From Desulfobulbus propionicus DSM 2032 (lineage in GTDB: Bacteria > Desulfobacterota > Desulfobulbia > Desulfobulbales > Desulfobulbaceae), in NCBI RefSeq assembly GCF_000186885.1, contig NC_014972.1, positions 240,001-272,000 on the forward strand: DNA of 32,000 nt, given 5' to 3'. The position numbers and the translations under genes were made by a program. The notes under the pieces are model-generated. The model was given only the letters and a program-made list of their open reading frames with translations, searched no databases and was not told the DNA's origin. Shown here piece after piece: positions 1-9,542 of this stretch. The stretch's first letter is position 1, and every line of letters begins with the position of its first letter.

Positions 1-242
1 AGCTCAGCGGCGGCGAATGCCAGCGGGTGGCCATTGCCCGGGCCCTGGCGGTCAAGCCGCTGCTGCTCCTGGCCGATGAGCCCACCGGCAATCTCGACGT
101 GGCCACCGGCCGCGAGGTGAGCGATCTCCTGTTTCACCTGGTGGAGCAGGAACGGATGACCATGGTGGTGGTCACCCACAATCAGGAACTGGCCGACCGC
201 TGCCATCGCCGGCTGCGGCTGACCGAGGGAGTCCTGCGATGA
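1..242 (+). CDS. ABC transporter ATP-binding protein, C-terminal part (LolD/MacB-like), truncated by the window edge
   Basis: The frame from base 3 reads [32 protein letters not shown], i.e. ABC signature plus Walker B. Followed by [14 protein letters not shown]. Overlaps the start of the next gene. Confidence 0.93.
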   Translation, partial: LSGGECQRVAIARALAVKPLLLLADEPTGNLDVATGREVSDLLFHLVEQERMTMVVVTHNQELADRCHRRLRLTEGVLR

Positions 243-2791
243 AGGTGCTGCTGCGGCTCGTGTGGCGCGGCCTCGTCCGCCATCCGCGCTTTTCCCTGTT
301 GTTCCTGGTCAACCTGGCCCTCGGCCTGACCGGTTTTCTCCTGGTCAGCTCGTTCAGCGCCACCCTGTCCCGCTATGTCGACGGCCACCTGCGCGAAATC
401 TTGACCGCCGATGTGGTGATCCAGGGCAGTCGCCCCCTGACCGAACAGGAAAGGGAGCGGGTTCGCCGCGTCGCCGGGCCGGACAGCCGTTTTTCCCGGC
501 AAATCGCCTTCTACACCATGGTCAAGGGAGGCGGCACCTCCAAGCTGGCCCAGATCGTGGCCATTGATGCGGCCTATCCGCTCTACGGCGCTTTCCAAGA
601 CGCGGGGCAGCCGGTCGATCCGCACCTGCTGGCCGCCCTGCAGGAGCAGCCCCGCCTGCTGATGAGCCGCGAGACCGCCCGGTCCTACGGCCTGCGGCCG
701 GACGACCCGCTGACCATCGGCCAGCTCGTTTCCACGGCGAGGACCTTTTTTGATCGCGATCCGGGCGGCGGCTTCACCGGCCTGACCCTGGCCCCCAAGA
801 TCTATCTTGGCCTGCCGCAGGTGGAGAGCTCCAACCTGATCCGGTTTGGCAGCCGGGTCACCCACACATGCTTCATCCGGCTGCCGGAAACGGCCGACAA
901 CGCCGAAGTGGCGACCCGACTGGGCGCGGCCCTGGCCGGGCCCGAGGGCAAGTCGGATCTGCGTGTGTCTTCCACCGTGGATGTCAACCGCCGCCTGGGC
1001 CGGGCGGTGGGCTACTTCAGTTCGTTCCTCGGTTTGGCCTCCATGGCCTCCCTCGGCTTGGCCGGCCTGGCGGGCGGTTATCTGTTCCGGGAGCATCTGC
1101 GCGGCAGGAGGCGGGAAATCGCCATTCTCCTCAGTCTCGGCGCCGGCCGCCGCCAATGCCTGCTTCTGCCCATGGGAGAGCTGGCCCTGCTTGGCCTGGG
1201 CGCGGCCTGCCTGGCGACGATGCTGAGCCAGGCGCTGCTGCCGCTGTTTAGCCGGCTGTTCGTTGGTCTCATTCCCGTCGACCTCCACCTCGGGGTTGAT
1301 CCGGCTTCCGTGCTCATGACCCTGGTGATCGGAACGGCCGGCAGCCTGCTGTTCTGCCTGCCGGTTTACCGGCGCATCCTGGCTGTCCGGCCGTTGTCGC
1401 TGTTGCGCGATCAATTCGACAACGGTTCGCCTTCCTGGCAGGAGCGCATCCTGCAGTCGGCCACCCTGGTCCCAGCCGTTGGTCTGCTGTTTTTTCTGGC
1501 CGTGCGTCTCAGCCACACGCCTGCGCAGGGCATCGGATTCGCCGTCGGACTGGCGGCGGTGATCGGACTGCTCGCCCTGATCGGTAGGATGCTCGCCGCC
1601 GGCTGCCGCCGCTGGTCGCGAACCGATCGCCTCACCTGGCGGATCGTCTGGCGCAACCTTTACCGCAACCGCCTCGCCGCCAGCGCGGTCTTTGCCGCCC
1701 TGGCCACGGCCCTGTTGCTGGTGAACCTCATTCCCCAGGTGGAAAAGGGGCTGATCGCCGAGATCGGCCAGCCGGAGGGGATGGAGCGGCCCGACCTGTT
1801 CCTCATTGATATTCAGGAAGAACAGCGGCAGCCGCTGGAGGCATTGTTGCACACGGAACAGGTGGTTCTGTCTCCACTGGCCCCCATGGTTCAGGGACGG
1901 ATCGCCAGCATCAACGGCATCCCTTTCGCCCGCTGGCGCGACCAGCACGGCGCTGGCGACGAGCGGGGGTTGCGGCGCACCGAGTTCAATTTTTCCAGCA
2001 GGACTCGGCTGGATCCGTCGGAGCATGTGGTGGAGGGCGTGCCACTACCCACGATCCCCTGGGCGATGGATGCCGGCGAACCCTTTGCCCTGTCGATGGA
2101 ACGGGAGTTCAGCGAGCGGCTACGGGTGGGCATCGGAGACCGCATGGTCATCGATATCCTGGGGATCGAGCTGGAGGGACGGATCGTCAACCTGCGCAAG
2201 GTGCGCTGGAACAGCTTTCAGCCAAATTTCTTCATGCTGGTGCAGCCGGGGGTGCTCGACGAGGCGCCCAAAACCTACCTGGCCTCGGTGAGCGGGGTGG
2301 AGAACAAGGACAAACAGGCGCTGGTCAACCGCCTGACCGCGGCCTTTGCCAATATTTCGGTGATCGACGTGAGCGGCACGGTGGAGCGGTTGAGTGCCTT
2401 GACCGCCCAGCTCAGCCAGTCGCTGCGATTCATGGCCGGTATCGCCTTGGCAACCGGACTGGTGACCGTGGTCGCCATTGCCCGTCAGGAGGCGCTGCGG
2501 CGTGAACGGGAGATCAACCTACTCAGGGTGTTGGGAGCGGGAATCGGCCGTATTCGTACCCTGATGATGCTCGAATTCGCCCTCCTGGGAGGCGCGGCCG
2601 CCTTGATTGCCCTGCTGCTAAGCCTGTGCTGCTCACTGGGGATCTCCTGGCTGATGTTCGACCGCTTGTGGCAGTTCCAGTGGCTGTCCGCCATCCTGCT
2701 CCTCCTGAGCGCTCCCCTGATCTGCAGCTTCATTGCCTTGCTGGCCGCTGATTCGGTGATTCGCCGTCCACCGACGACCCTGCTCGGATGA
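239..2791 (+). CDS. ABC transporter permease, FtsX/MacB-like, 850 aa
   Basis: Long ORF translationally coupled (ATGA) to the upstream ATPase. Repeated hydrophobic segments and typical FtsX-type C-terminus (REINLLRVLGAGIGRIRTLMMLEFALLGG). Confidence 0.92.
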   Translation: MKVLLRLVWRGLVRHPRFSLLFLVNLALGLTGFLLVSSFSATLSRYVDGHLREILTADVVIQGSRPLTEQERERVRRVAGPDSRFSRQIAFYTMVKGGGTSKLAQIVAIDAAYPLYGAFQDAGQPVDPHLLAALQEQPRLLMSRETARSYGLRPDDPLTIGQLVSTARTFFDRDPGGGFTGLTLAPKIYLGLPQVESSNLIRFGSRVTHTCFIRLPETADNAEVATRLGAALAGPEGKSDLRVSSTVDVNRRLGRAVGYFSSFLGLASMASLGLAGLAGGYLFREHLRGRRREIAILLSLGAGRRQCLLLPMGELALLGLGAACLATMLSQALLPLFSRLFVGLIPVDLHLGVDPASVLMTLVIGTAGSLLFCLPVYRRILAVRPLSLLRDQFDNGSPSWQERILQSATLVPAVGLLFFLAVRLSHTPAQGIGFAVGLAAVIGLLALIGRMLAAGCRRWSRTDRLTWRIVWRNLYRNRLAASAVFAALATALLLVNLIPQVEKGLIAEIGQPEGMERPDLFLIDIQEEQRQPLEALLHTEQVVLSPLAPMVQGRIASINGIPFARWRDQHGAGDERGLRRTEFNFSSRTRLDPSEHVVEGVPLPTIPWAMDAGEPFALSMEREFSERLRVGIGDRMVIDILGIELEGRIVNLRKVRWNSFQPNFFMLVQPGVLDEAPKTYLASVSGVENKDKQALVNRLTAAFANISVIDVSGTVERLSALTAQLSQSLRFMAGIALATGLVTVVAIARQEALRREREINLLRVLGAGIGRIRTLMMLEFALLGGAAALIALLLSLCCSLGISWLMFDRLWQFQWLSAILLLLSAPLICSFIALLAADSVIRRPPTTLLG

Positions 2792-3026
2792 GCCAGGCCG
2801 TTGGAGCAATTGTTGTCGAGCCCCTGCCCGCGATGTCACAACTTCCCGCCGTGCAATCCATTCCTCGCCGATAATGTCGGTCATCGAGGGAAACTTGATC
2901 CTTCTCCTTTTATGGAGGAATTTAGTGAGAAAGCAGGGTTTGATTATTGCCCACCGAAGGGTGGCAACTCCCGGAATCAGACGGCGTGAAGAGATGGATG
3001 TTATTCCTTTGAAATCATAATAAAAA

Positions 3027-4103
3027 TCAGTCTGCCCACTCCAATTTACGGATGAGATCCTTGAACATTTGCCATTGCCCTGTGAGAAATTGATACCGCC
3101 CGGCAACGATGCCCGGAGAAATGCGCAGTTCGTCGGCCAGAAGGATGATCTCTTGCTTGCTGCGACAGTTAGAAATCCGGGCATCATGCTTGGCGGGAAT
3201 AAGGGTTTCCGCAGCAAAGGCATCGGCTTTTTTTTCGCTGAGGTCACCATTGCTCTCGTCGTTGATGAAGAGCCCCTTCTTCTTGTCCTTGAGCACATGG
3301 CCAGCTTCGTGAAAAAATGAAAACCAGAACTTATCCTCTCCCTTGCCACGCAGACTGAGCAGGATCATCGCCTTGTTGGGGGTTAGCCACTTGGTGGCGC
3401 CGTTCCAGGGTACCTTTTTCATCTCGCGTACCAGGGCCACAGCTACACCGGCATTCGCACAAAGCTGTTTCATTCGAGGCTCAAACACCACCGATTCTTC
3501 CCGGGTGAGAGGACGAATCTCCTCCAAAGCAGCACTGAACCTGGTTTTATCGAAAGGGGCACACTCAATCTGCTGTGCCTGCAGTTCGCCCTGACGGATC
3601 CAGGCGGCCGCATCTCCTGGCCGGGATTCAAAGCAACGGGACCTTCGGGCAGCCACAGCGGGGGCAGCCCAGATCTCCTGCCAGGCCTGCACGCTGCAAA
3701 CACCAAAAAAGGCAAGAACCTTACGGACCAGATTCACCTTGTCATCGTCCGGCACCACATGGCCTCGCTCAATCAATTCTTTGATCGGGATCGTCTTCAG
3801 CCAGGCTTTGTCGGCCTCCAACCTTTGCCGCTCTTCCTGCTTGGCTAACTGCTCCCGGTATTGCGCTTCGAGATTGTTCCACATTCTCGCCGGTACACCT
3901 GTCACCAGTTCCAGTCGGTTGGCGGTTTCATAGGAAATCGGTTGGTCACCCTTGAAAATGCGGGTGAGTGTTTGCTCGGTCAGCCCGGTTCGTTGGGCCA
4001 ATTCTTTTTGGGACATCTGCAGAGATTCCATAACCTCGTGCAATGTCGCCCCTGGTGGAACCGCATAATCAGGTTCAAATTCGTCTTTTCTTTTCGCTCT
4101 CAT
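3027..4103 (-). CDS. higA: HigA-family antitoxin/regulator (XRE HTH) fused to an ImmA/IrrE-like metallopeptidase domain
   Basis: HTH segment MSQKELAQRTGLTEQTLTRIFKGDQPISYETANRLELVTG. Zinc-peptidase motif FHEAGHVL. Start taken at MRAKRKDEF, 14 nt after the toxin-gene stop. Confidence 0.88.
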   Translation of the reverse strand: MRAKRKDEFEPDYAVPPGATLHEVMESLQMSQKELAQRTGLTEQTLTRIFKGDQPISYETANRLELVTGVPARMWNNLEAQYREQLAKQEERQRLEADKAWLKTIPIKELIERGHVVPDDDKVNLVRKVLAFFGVCSVQAWQEIWAAPAVAARRSRCFESRPGDAAAWIRQGELQAQQIECAPFDKTRFSAALEEIRPLTREESVVFEPRMKQLCANAGVAVALVREMKKVPWNGATKWLTPNKAMILLSLRGKGEDKFWFSFFHEAGHVLKDKKKGLFINDESNGDLSEKKADAFAAETLIPAKHDARISNCRSKQEIILLADELRISPGIVAGRYQFLTGQWQMFKDLIRKLEWAD

Positions 4104-4117
4104 CGCTCCCCCCTCCT

Positions 4118-4472
4118 TCAATGCGTATCGGCAATTTCCACTATTTCAATTTCCGTGACTTGCCCCCAGTCCAACCCACCATGTGGATGTACTGGTATTG
4201 GCTCGTTAGCGGGAATGAAAAGCAAGCGATACGGGTATTCCAGATCGACAGACAGTTGGGCCGCTTCGATTACCCGTCAACTCGTGGCACCTGGCAGGGG
4301 GCAAACGTGAAATATCGCCCAGATTTTCGGCAGCCTTGAGTTCCATCATTCGCTGCATCAGCTTGCCGCCCCGCTTGGCCCCCAACAGCTTGATTGCCTC
4401 AGCACTGTTTGAGCATATTTTTTGGAGCTTTTTGTTTTTAAAGAATATACGCACGTTGCGCACTAATCTCAA
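4118..4472 (-). pseudogene. higB: HigB/RelE-family toxin gene disrupted by a frameshift
   Basis: Frame 1 reads KNKKLQKICSNSAEAIKLLGAKRGGKLMQRMMELKAAENLGDISRLPPARCHELTGNRSG. A second frame continues QLSVDLEYPYRLLFIPANEPIPVHPHGGLDWGQVTEIEIVEIADTH*. The break is at about 4258-4262 (one extra C). The start codon is uncertain (TTG at 4472 or GTG at 4454). Confidence 0.82.
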
Positions 4473-4477
4473 TTTTT

Positions 4478-4496
4478 ATTAACATATTATGTTAAT
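4478..4496. promoter_or_regulatory. Perfect palindrome ATTAACATA-T-TATGTTAAT, candidate operator of the higBA promoter
   Basis: 9-bp arms around a 1-nt centre, directly upstream of the higB frame. Confidence 0.6.
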
Positions 4497-4838
4497 TATT
4501 TTAAAAGGAGTGGCCCGCCAGCAGCGATGCGCCATCGGTGGTTCCAGCTGTCGCATGATTGTCGGCAATTCTTAAGTTTTTATCTGGCAGCCTATACTGT
4601 TGATGTTGTAACGTGCCAGGAAAATTCAGATACTCTCATTTTTCCGAGCATCATTTCATGGTGACGTTTGGCCGACGAAACGATGTGCGGCTCTGATTCT
4701 TTTCCAGACGACACGGATTAATCTGTTTCTCTGCAAGAGTTGACAACTCTTTAACTTGTCGTCATTGCAGCCATCATGCTCCTCTTGAAACAGTAATGAT
4801 CATGGTACATCGAATTTCGACAACAAGGACATCCAGCA

Positions 4839-7031
4839 ATGAACGGTGAAACCCATAGTCAACTGGCCAACTTCATTTGGTCTATCTGCAATCTTTTGCG
4901 CGGCCCGTACAAGCGCAACGAATACCGTAAGGTCATCCTGCCGCTCACCGTGCTGCGCCGCTTCGAATGTTTGCTGGAGCCAACCCGGCAGGCTGCCCTT
5001 GAAGAATTCCAATCGCTGAAGACCAAGCCGGAACGGGTGCAGCAGGCACGATTGCAGCAGATCACCGGCCACCGTTTCTATAACCTGTCGCGCATGCAGC
5101 TCACCCTGCCGGGTGAAAAAATTCACTCGCTGCTGGACGATCCCAACAACCTCGCCCCCAACCTGAACAGCTACATCAACGGCTTCTCCGCCAATGTCCG
5201 CGCCATCATGGAGAAGTTCAAGTTCAGCGAGCAGATTGCCCACATGGCGGAAAAGAACATCCTCTTCGAGGTGATCAAGGCCTTTGCCGGGATTGATCTC
5301 TCGCCCCAGCGGGTCGACCAGATGCAGATGGGCTATGTGTTCGAGGAGCTGATCCGCATCGGCGCGGAGCAATCGAATGAGGAGGCCGGAGAGCACTTCA
5401 CCCCGCGCGAGGTCATCAAGCTGATGGTCAACCTGCTGCTGGCCCCAGAGCAGGACCTCGCCAAGAGCCACGTGGTCAAGACTATCTACGACCCCGCCTG
5501 CGGCACCGGCGGCATGCTGTCGGTGGCCGAGGAATACATCCGCCACCTCAACAGTGAGGCCAAACCCAAGGTTTTTGGCCAGGACTGGAACGACGAGGCC
5601 TGGGCGGTGTGCAAGTCCGACATGCTGATCAAGGGCGAAGATGCCAACAACATCATCCTCGGCGACAGCTTCACCCGCGACGGCTTTGACCGCGATTCTG
5701 ACGGCAACAAGTGGACCTTCGACTACATGCTGGCCAACCCGCCCTTTGGCGTGGAGTGGAAGCAGCAGCAGAAAACCATCCAACAGGAGGCCGACACCCT
5801 GGGCTATGCCGGACGTTTCGGCGCCGGCACCCCGCGCATCAACGACGGCGCCTTGCTCTTTCTCCAGCACATGATCGCCAAGATGCGCCCCGTCGATAAA
5901 GACGGCAGCCGCATCGCTATCGTCTTCAACGGCTCACCGCTCTTCACCGGCGACGCGGGCAGCGGCGAGAGCGAGATCCGCCGCTGGATCATCGAAAACG
6001 ACTGGCTGGAGGCCATCGTCGCCCTGCCGGAACAGTTGTTCTACAACACCGGCATTGCCACCTATATCTGGGTGATCACCAACCGCAAAGCCAAGGAGCG
6101 CAAAGGTAAGATTCAGTTGATCGACGCCCGCAACTTCTGGGTACAGATGGAAAAGTCCCTGGGCAACAAGCGCCGCCGCATCGGCGACCCGAATGACCCG
6201 AATCACCCACGCGATCCTGACTACATCGCTGACATCACCCGGGTCTATGAGAACTTCACCGACGGTGAAAGCCGTTGGGTTGTCTTCGACAAGGATAGCA
6301 AGGTTCTCGGCGTGAATGGGCTTGAGCCGACAGTCGATGACTCGAACGGGCAGAAGAAAAAATATCTGGTGGTCAGCAAGCTGTTCGACAACGAAGACTT
6401 TGGCTACCACAAGATCACCGTCGAGCGCCCTCTACGTCTCAATTTCCAAGCCACGGCCGAACGCATCGCCCGGTTGGAGGAGCAGACCGCCTTTAAGAAT
6501 CTCGCAACCAGCAGCAAAAAGAACGAAATCGTTCGCCAGCAGGAGATCGAGACCGGTAAGGCTCGTCAGCAGGCCATCCGCGACCTGTTGGCTGCCTTTG
6601 CCGACCAGCACGGCGACACCCTGTTCAAGGATCGCAAACAGTTCCTCCTTGCCCTGCGGGAGATCGACCGCGCTCGAGGCGTCAAACTTTCCGCCCCAGA
6701 ACTGAAGGCGGTGCTCGCCGTCCTGGGTGAACGCGATGAAACCGCATCCATCTGCAGGGATAAACAGGGTAACCCTGAGCCGGACACCGACCTGCGCGAC
6801 ACTGAGACCGTGCCGCTCAAGGAAGGAGTTGAGGAATATTTTCGGCGAGAGGTCCTGCCCCACGTCCCCGATGCCTGGATCGACCACAGCAAGACCAAGG
6901 TCGGCTATGAGATTCCCCTAAACCGTCACTTCTACCGCTATGAGCCGCCCCGTGAGCTTGCCGAGATCGAGGCAGAGATCAAGGTGCTGGAGGGGGAAAT
7001 CCTCGACCTACTGCGAGAGGTGACGGCATGA
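4839..7031 (+). CDS. hsdM: Type I restriction-modification DNA methyltransferase subunit M
   Basis: N-terminal NFIWSICNLLRGPYKRNEYRKVILPLTVLRRFE, SAM-binding YDPACGTGGML and catalytic NPPFG motifs. Confidence 0.96.
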   Translation: MNGETHSQLANFIWSICNLLRGPYKRNEYRKVILPLTVLRRFECLLEPTRQAALEEFQSLKTKPERVQQARLQQITGHRFYNLSRMQLTLPGEKIHSLLDDPNNLAPNLNSYINGFSANVRAIMEKFKFSEQIAHMAEKNILFEVIKAFAGIDLSPQRVDQMQMGYVFEELIRIGAEQSNEEAGEHFTPREVIKLMVNLLLAPEQDLAKSHVVKTIYDPACGTGGMLSVAEEYIRHLNSEAKPKVFGQDWNDEAWAVCKSDMLIKGEDANNIILGDSFTRDGFDRDSDGNKWTFDYMLANPPFGVEWKQQQKTIQQEADTLGYAGRFGAGTPRINDGALLFLQHMIAKMRPVDKDGSRIAIVFNGSPLFTGDAGSGESEIRRWIIENDWLEAIVALPEQLFYNTGIATYIWVITNRKAKERKGKIQLIDARNFWVQMEKSLGNKRRRIGDPNDPNHPRDPDYIADITRVYENFTDGESRWVVFDKDSKVLGVNGLEPTVDDSNGQKKKYLVVSKLFDNEDFGYHKITVERPLRLNFQATAERIARLEEQTAFKNLATSSKKNEIVRQQEIETGKARQQAIRDLLAAFADQHGDTLFKDRKQFLLALREIDRARGVKLSAPELKAVLAVLGERDETASICRDKQGNPEPDTDLRDTETVPLKEGVEEYFRREVLPHVPDAWIDHSKTKVGYEIPLNRHFYRYEPPRELAEIEAEIKVLEGEILDLLREVTA

Positions 7032-8086
7032 GTGAGCACCTGCCGGTGAAGAACGAAGGGGACATTCTCCTGTACCAGACCGAGGACGGCCAGGCGCGCA
7101 TTGAGGTGCAGTTGGTCAATGAGACCGTCTGGCTCTCGCAAAAGCAGATGGCCGAACTGTTCCAAAAAGATGTCCGCACTATCAACGAGCATATTGGCAA
7201 CATCTTTGAGGAAGGGGAGCTGACGCCGGAATCAACCATCCGGAATTTCCGGATAGTTCAACTCGAGGGCACACGGAAGGTCAGTCGCGATGTCGCCCAC
7301 TACAACCTGGACGTTATTATCTCGGTCGGATACCGGGTGAAGTCGCATCGGGGCACTCAGTTTCGCATCTGGGCCACCCAGCGGTTGCGCGACTATCTGG
7401 TCATGGGCTTTCTGCTCGACGATGAACGTTTTAAGCAGGGTAGAAGCGGCCATTATTTCGATGCGCTGCTGGCCCGGATCCGCGATATCCGCTCCTCAGA
7501 GAAGGAGTTCTGGCGCAAAGTGCTCGATATCTACGCCACCAGTATTGATTACAACCCCTCTACCCAGGCCTCGCAAACCTTCTTCGCCACCGTGCAAAAT
7601 AAAATGCACTGGGCAGCGCACGGCCACACCGCCGCCGAAATCATCCACGCCCGCGCCGATGCCGCCCGGCCCAACATGGGGCTCACCTCCTTTCCCAAGG
7701 GGCAGCTCGCCCCGCGCAAGGCCGATGTGACAGTGGCCAAGAACTATCTGAATGAAGACGAACTCGACCAGCTCAACCGCATCGTCAACCTCTACCTGGA
7801 ATTTGCCGAACTACAGGCCATCAACCGTAAGCCCATGTATATGCAGGACTGGATAGCCAAGCTCGACCAGTTCATGCAGATCAGTGATCGCGAGATTCTC
7901 ACCCACGCCGGCAGCATCTCCGCCGAAACTGCCCGGCTCAAGGCCGAACAGGAATATGACGGCTTTCGCCGCCTGCTTGATACCCAGCCATCTCTGGTGG
8001 AGAGGCATTTTGAAGAGGCGGTAGCCAAGGCCAAACAACTGAACGAACAGTCGAAACCGACGAAGAAAAAAAGGAGGAGGCAATGA
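7028..8086 (+). CDS. RhuM-family (virulence RhuM/Fic-DOC associated) protein encoded between hsdM and hsdS
   Basis: MSEHLPVKNEGDILLYQTEDGQARIEVQLVNETVWLSQKQMAELFQKDVRTINEHIGNIFEEGEL...DVIISVGYRVKSHRGTQFRIWATQRLRDYLVMGF. 4-bp ATGA overlaps with both neighbours. Confidence 0.88.
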   Translation: MSEHLPVKNEGDILLYQTEDGQARIEVQLVNETVWLSQKQMAELFQKDVRTINEHIGNIFEEGELTPESTIRNFRIVQLEGTRKVSRDVAHYNLDVIISVGYRVKSHRGTQFRIWATQRLRDYLVMGFLLDDERFKQGRSGHYFDALLARIRDIRSSEKEFWRKVLDIYATSIDYNPSTQASQTFFATVQNKMHWAAHGHTAAEIIHARADAARPNMGLTSFPKGQLAPRKADVTVAKNYLNEDELDQLNRIVNLYLEFAELQAINRKPMYMQDWIAKLDQFMQISDREILTHAGSISAETARLKAEQEYDGFRRLLDTQPSLVERHFEEAVAKAKQLNEQSKPTKKKRRRQ

Positions 8087-9491
8087 ACTGCCCGGCCTAT
8101 CCAAGGTACAAGGACAGTGGGGTGCAGTGGCTGGGCGAGGTGCCGGAGCATTGGGAGATTCGTCCTATAAAGGCTATTGTCTCCACACCAGTCACCGACG
8201 GGCCTCACGAAACCCCTGAAATATTCGATGAGGGTGTTCCGTTTGTATCGGCAGAGGCTATTAGCAATGGAAAAATCAATTTTAACAAGATTAGAGGGTA
8301 CATTTCAGCAGAAGACCATCGAAAATACTCAAGAAAATACAGACCAGAGTTCGGCGATATTCAGAGTTCGGCGATATTTACATGGTTAAATCTGGTGCAA
8401 CGACCGGCCGTGTTGCGATGGTAGAGACGCATACAGATTTTAATATTTGGTCTCCGCTCGCAGCAATACGGTGCAATCCTTCCCGTGCCGATAAACGATT
8501 CATTTACTTCTATCTTCAGTCCAAAGAGTTTCAAACCGGAGTTGAGCTGAGTTGGAGCTTTGGTACGCAACAGAACATCGGAATGGGTGTTATCCAGAAC
8601 CTTGCGGTTCCGCTTGGTACGATCCCGGAACAAACTGCCATCGCCGATTTTCTCGACCGGGAGACGGGGCGGATCGATACGCTGGTGACAAAAAAGCGGC
8701 GGCTGATCGCGCTGCTGGGGGAGAAGCGCACCGCGCTCATCTCCCGCACCGTCACCCGTGGCCTGCCCGCCGAGGCCGCCCGCGAATTCGGCCTCAAACC
8801 CCACACCCGCTTCAAGGATTCCGGCATCGAGTGGCTGGGTGAGGTGCCGGAGGGGTGGGAGGTAGTCAAGTTTTCAAGAGAAGTTAAAATAGCCGAAGGT
8901 CAAGTTGATCCAGAACGTGAGCCCTACTCTACAATGGTTCTGATTGGGCCAGAACATGTTGAGGCAGGAACTGGCCGTTTAGTAAGCGAAGCTACAGCTG
9001 AAGATCAGGCAGCAATCAGCGGTAAATATTACTGCCATAAAGGTGAGGTAATCTATTCAAAAATCCGTCCCGCACTTAGGAAGGTCGTTAAGGCAAAAAA
9101 CGATTGCCTGTGCAGTGCTGACATGTATCCACTGGGAGGTAGAGATAAGTTACTGAACGATTACATATACTGGCTCTTCCTATCAGATCAGTTTGCGGCT
9201 TGGTCAGTTCTGGAGGCTGACAGGGTAGCAATGCCTAAGATCAATCGTAATACATTGAATGAGCTACGGTTACCCGTACCGGTTGGCTCTGAGCAAGCCG
9301 CCATCGCCACCTACCTCAACCGCGAAACCGCCAAGATTGATCAACTGTTTACTAAGGTCGAGGCGGCCATCGTCCGTTTGCTGGAGTACCGCACCGCGCT
9401 GATCACTGCCGCGGTCACCGGCAAGATCGATGTGCGGGGGAAGGCGGACAAACAGGGACTAACACGGACGGATCGGACTGATCCGAACTGA
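8083..9491 (+). pseudogene. hsdS: Type I restriction-modification specificity subunit S, frameshifted by a 17-bp tandem duplication
   Basis: ORF 8083-8424 carries YKDSGVQWLGEVPEHWE and TRD1. ORF 8382-9491 carries the rest of TRD1, a central repeat, FKDSGIEWLGEVPEGWE and TRD2. Removing one 17-bp copy joins them in one frame (..KYRPEFGDIYMVKSGATTGRVAM..). Confidence 0.92.
8345..8378 (+). repeat. Perfect 17-bp tandem duplication, CAGAGTTCGGCGATATT x2, inside hsdS
   Basis: Copies at 8345-8361 and 8362-8378, read directly from the sequence. Confidence 0.98.
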
Positions 9492-9542
9492 TCTGAACTG
9501 GACAGATCGACACCAACCAGGGGAGGCACAACAGAAGGCACG

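Noticed and set aside
182-2026. 614-aa minus-strand ORF opposite the ABC permease
   Set aside because: It is antisense to a clearly recognisable transporter gene in GC-rich DNA. Its composition is Gln/Gly/Arg-rich with no motifs.
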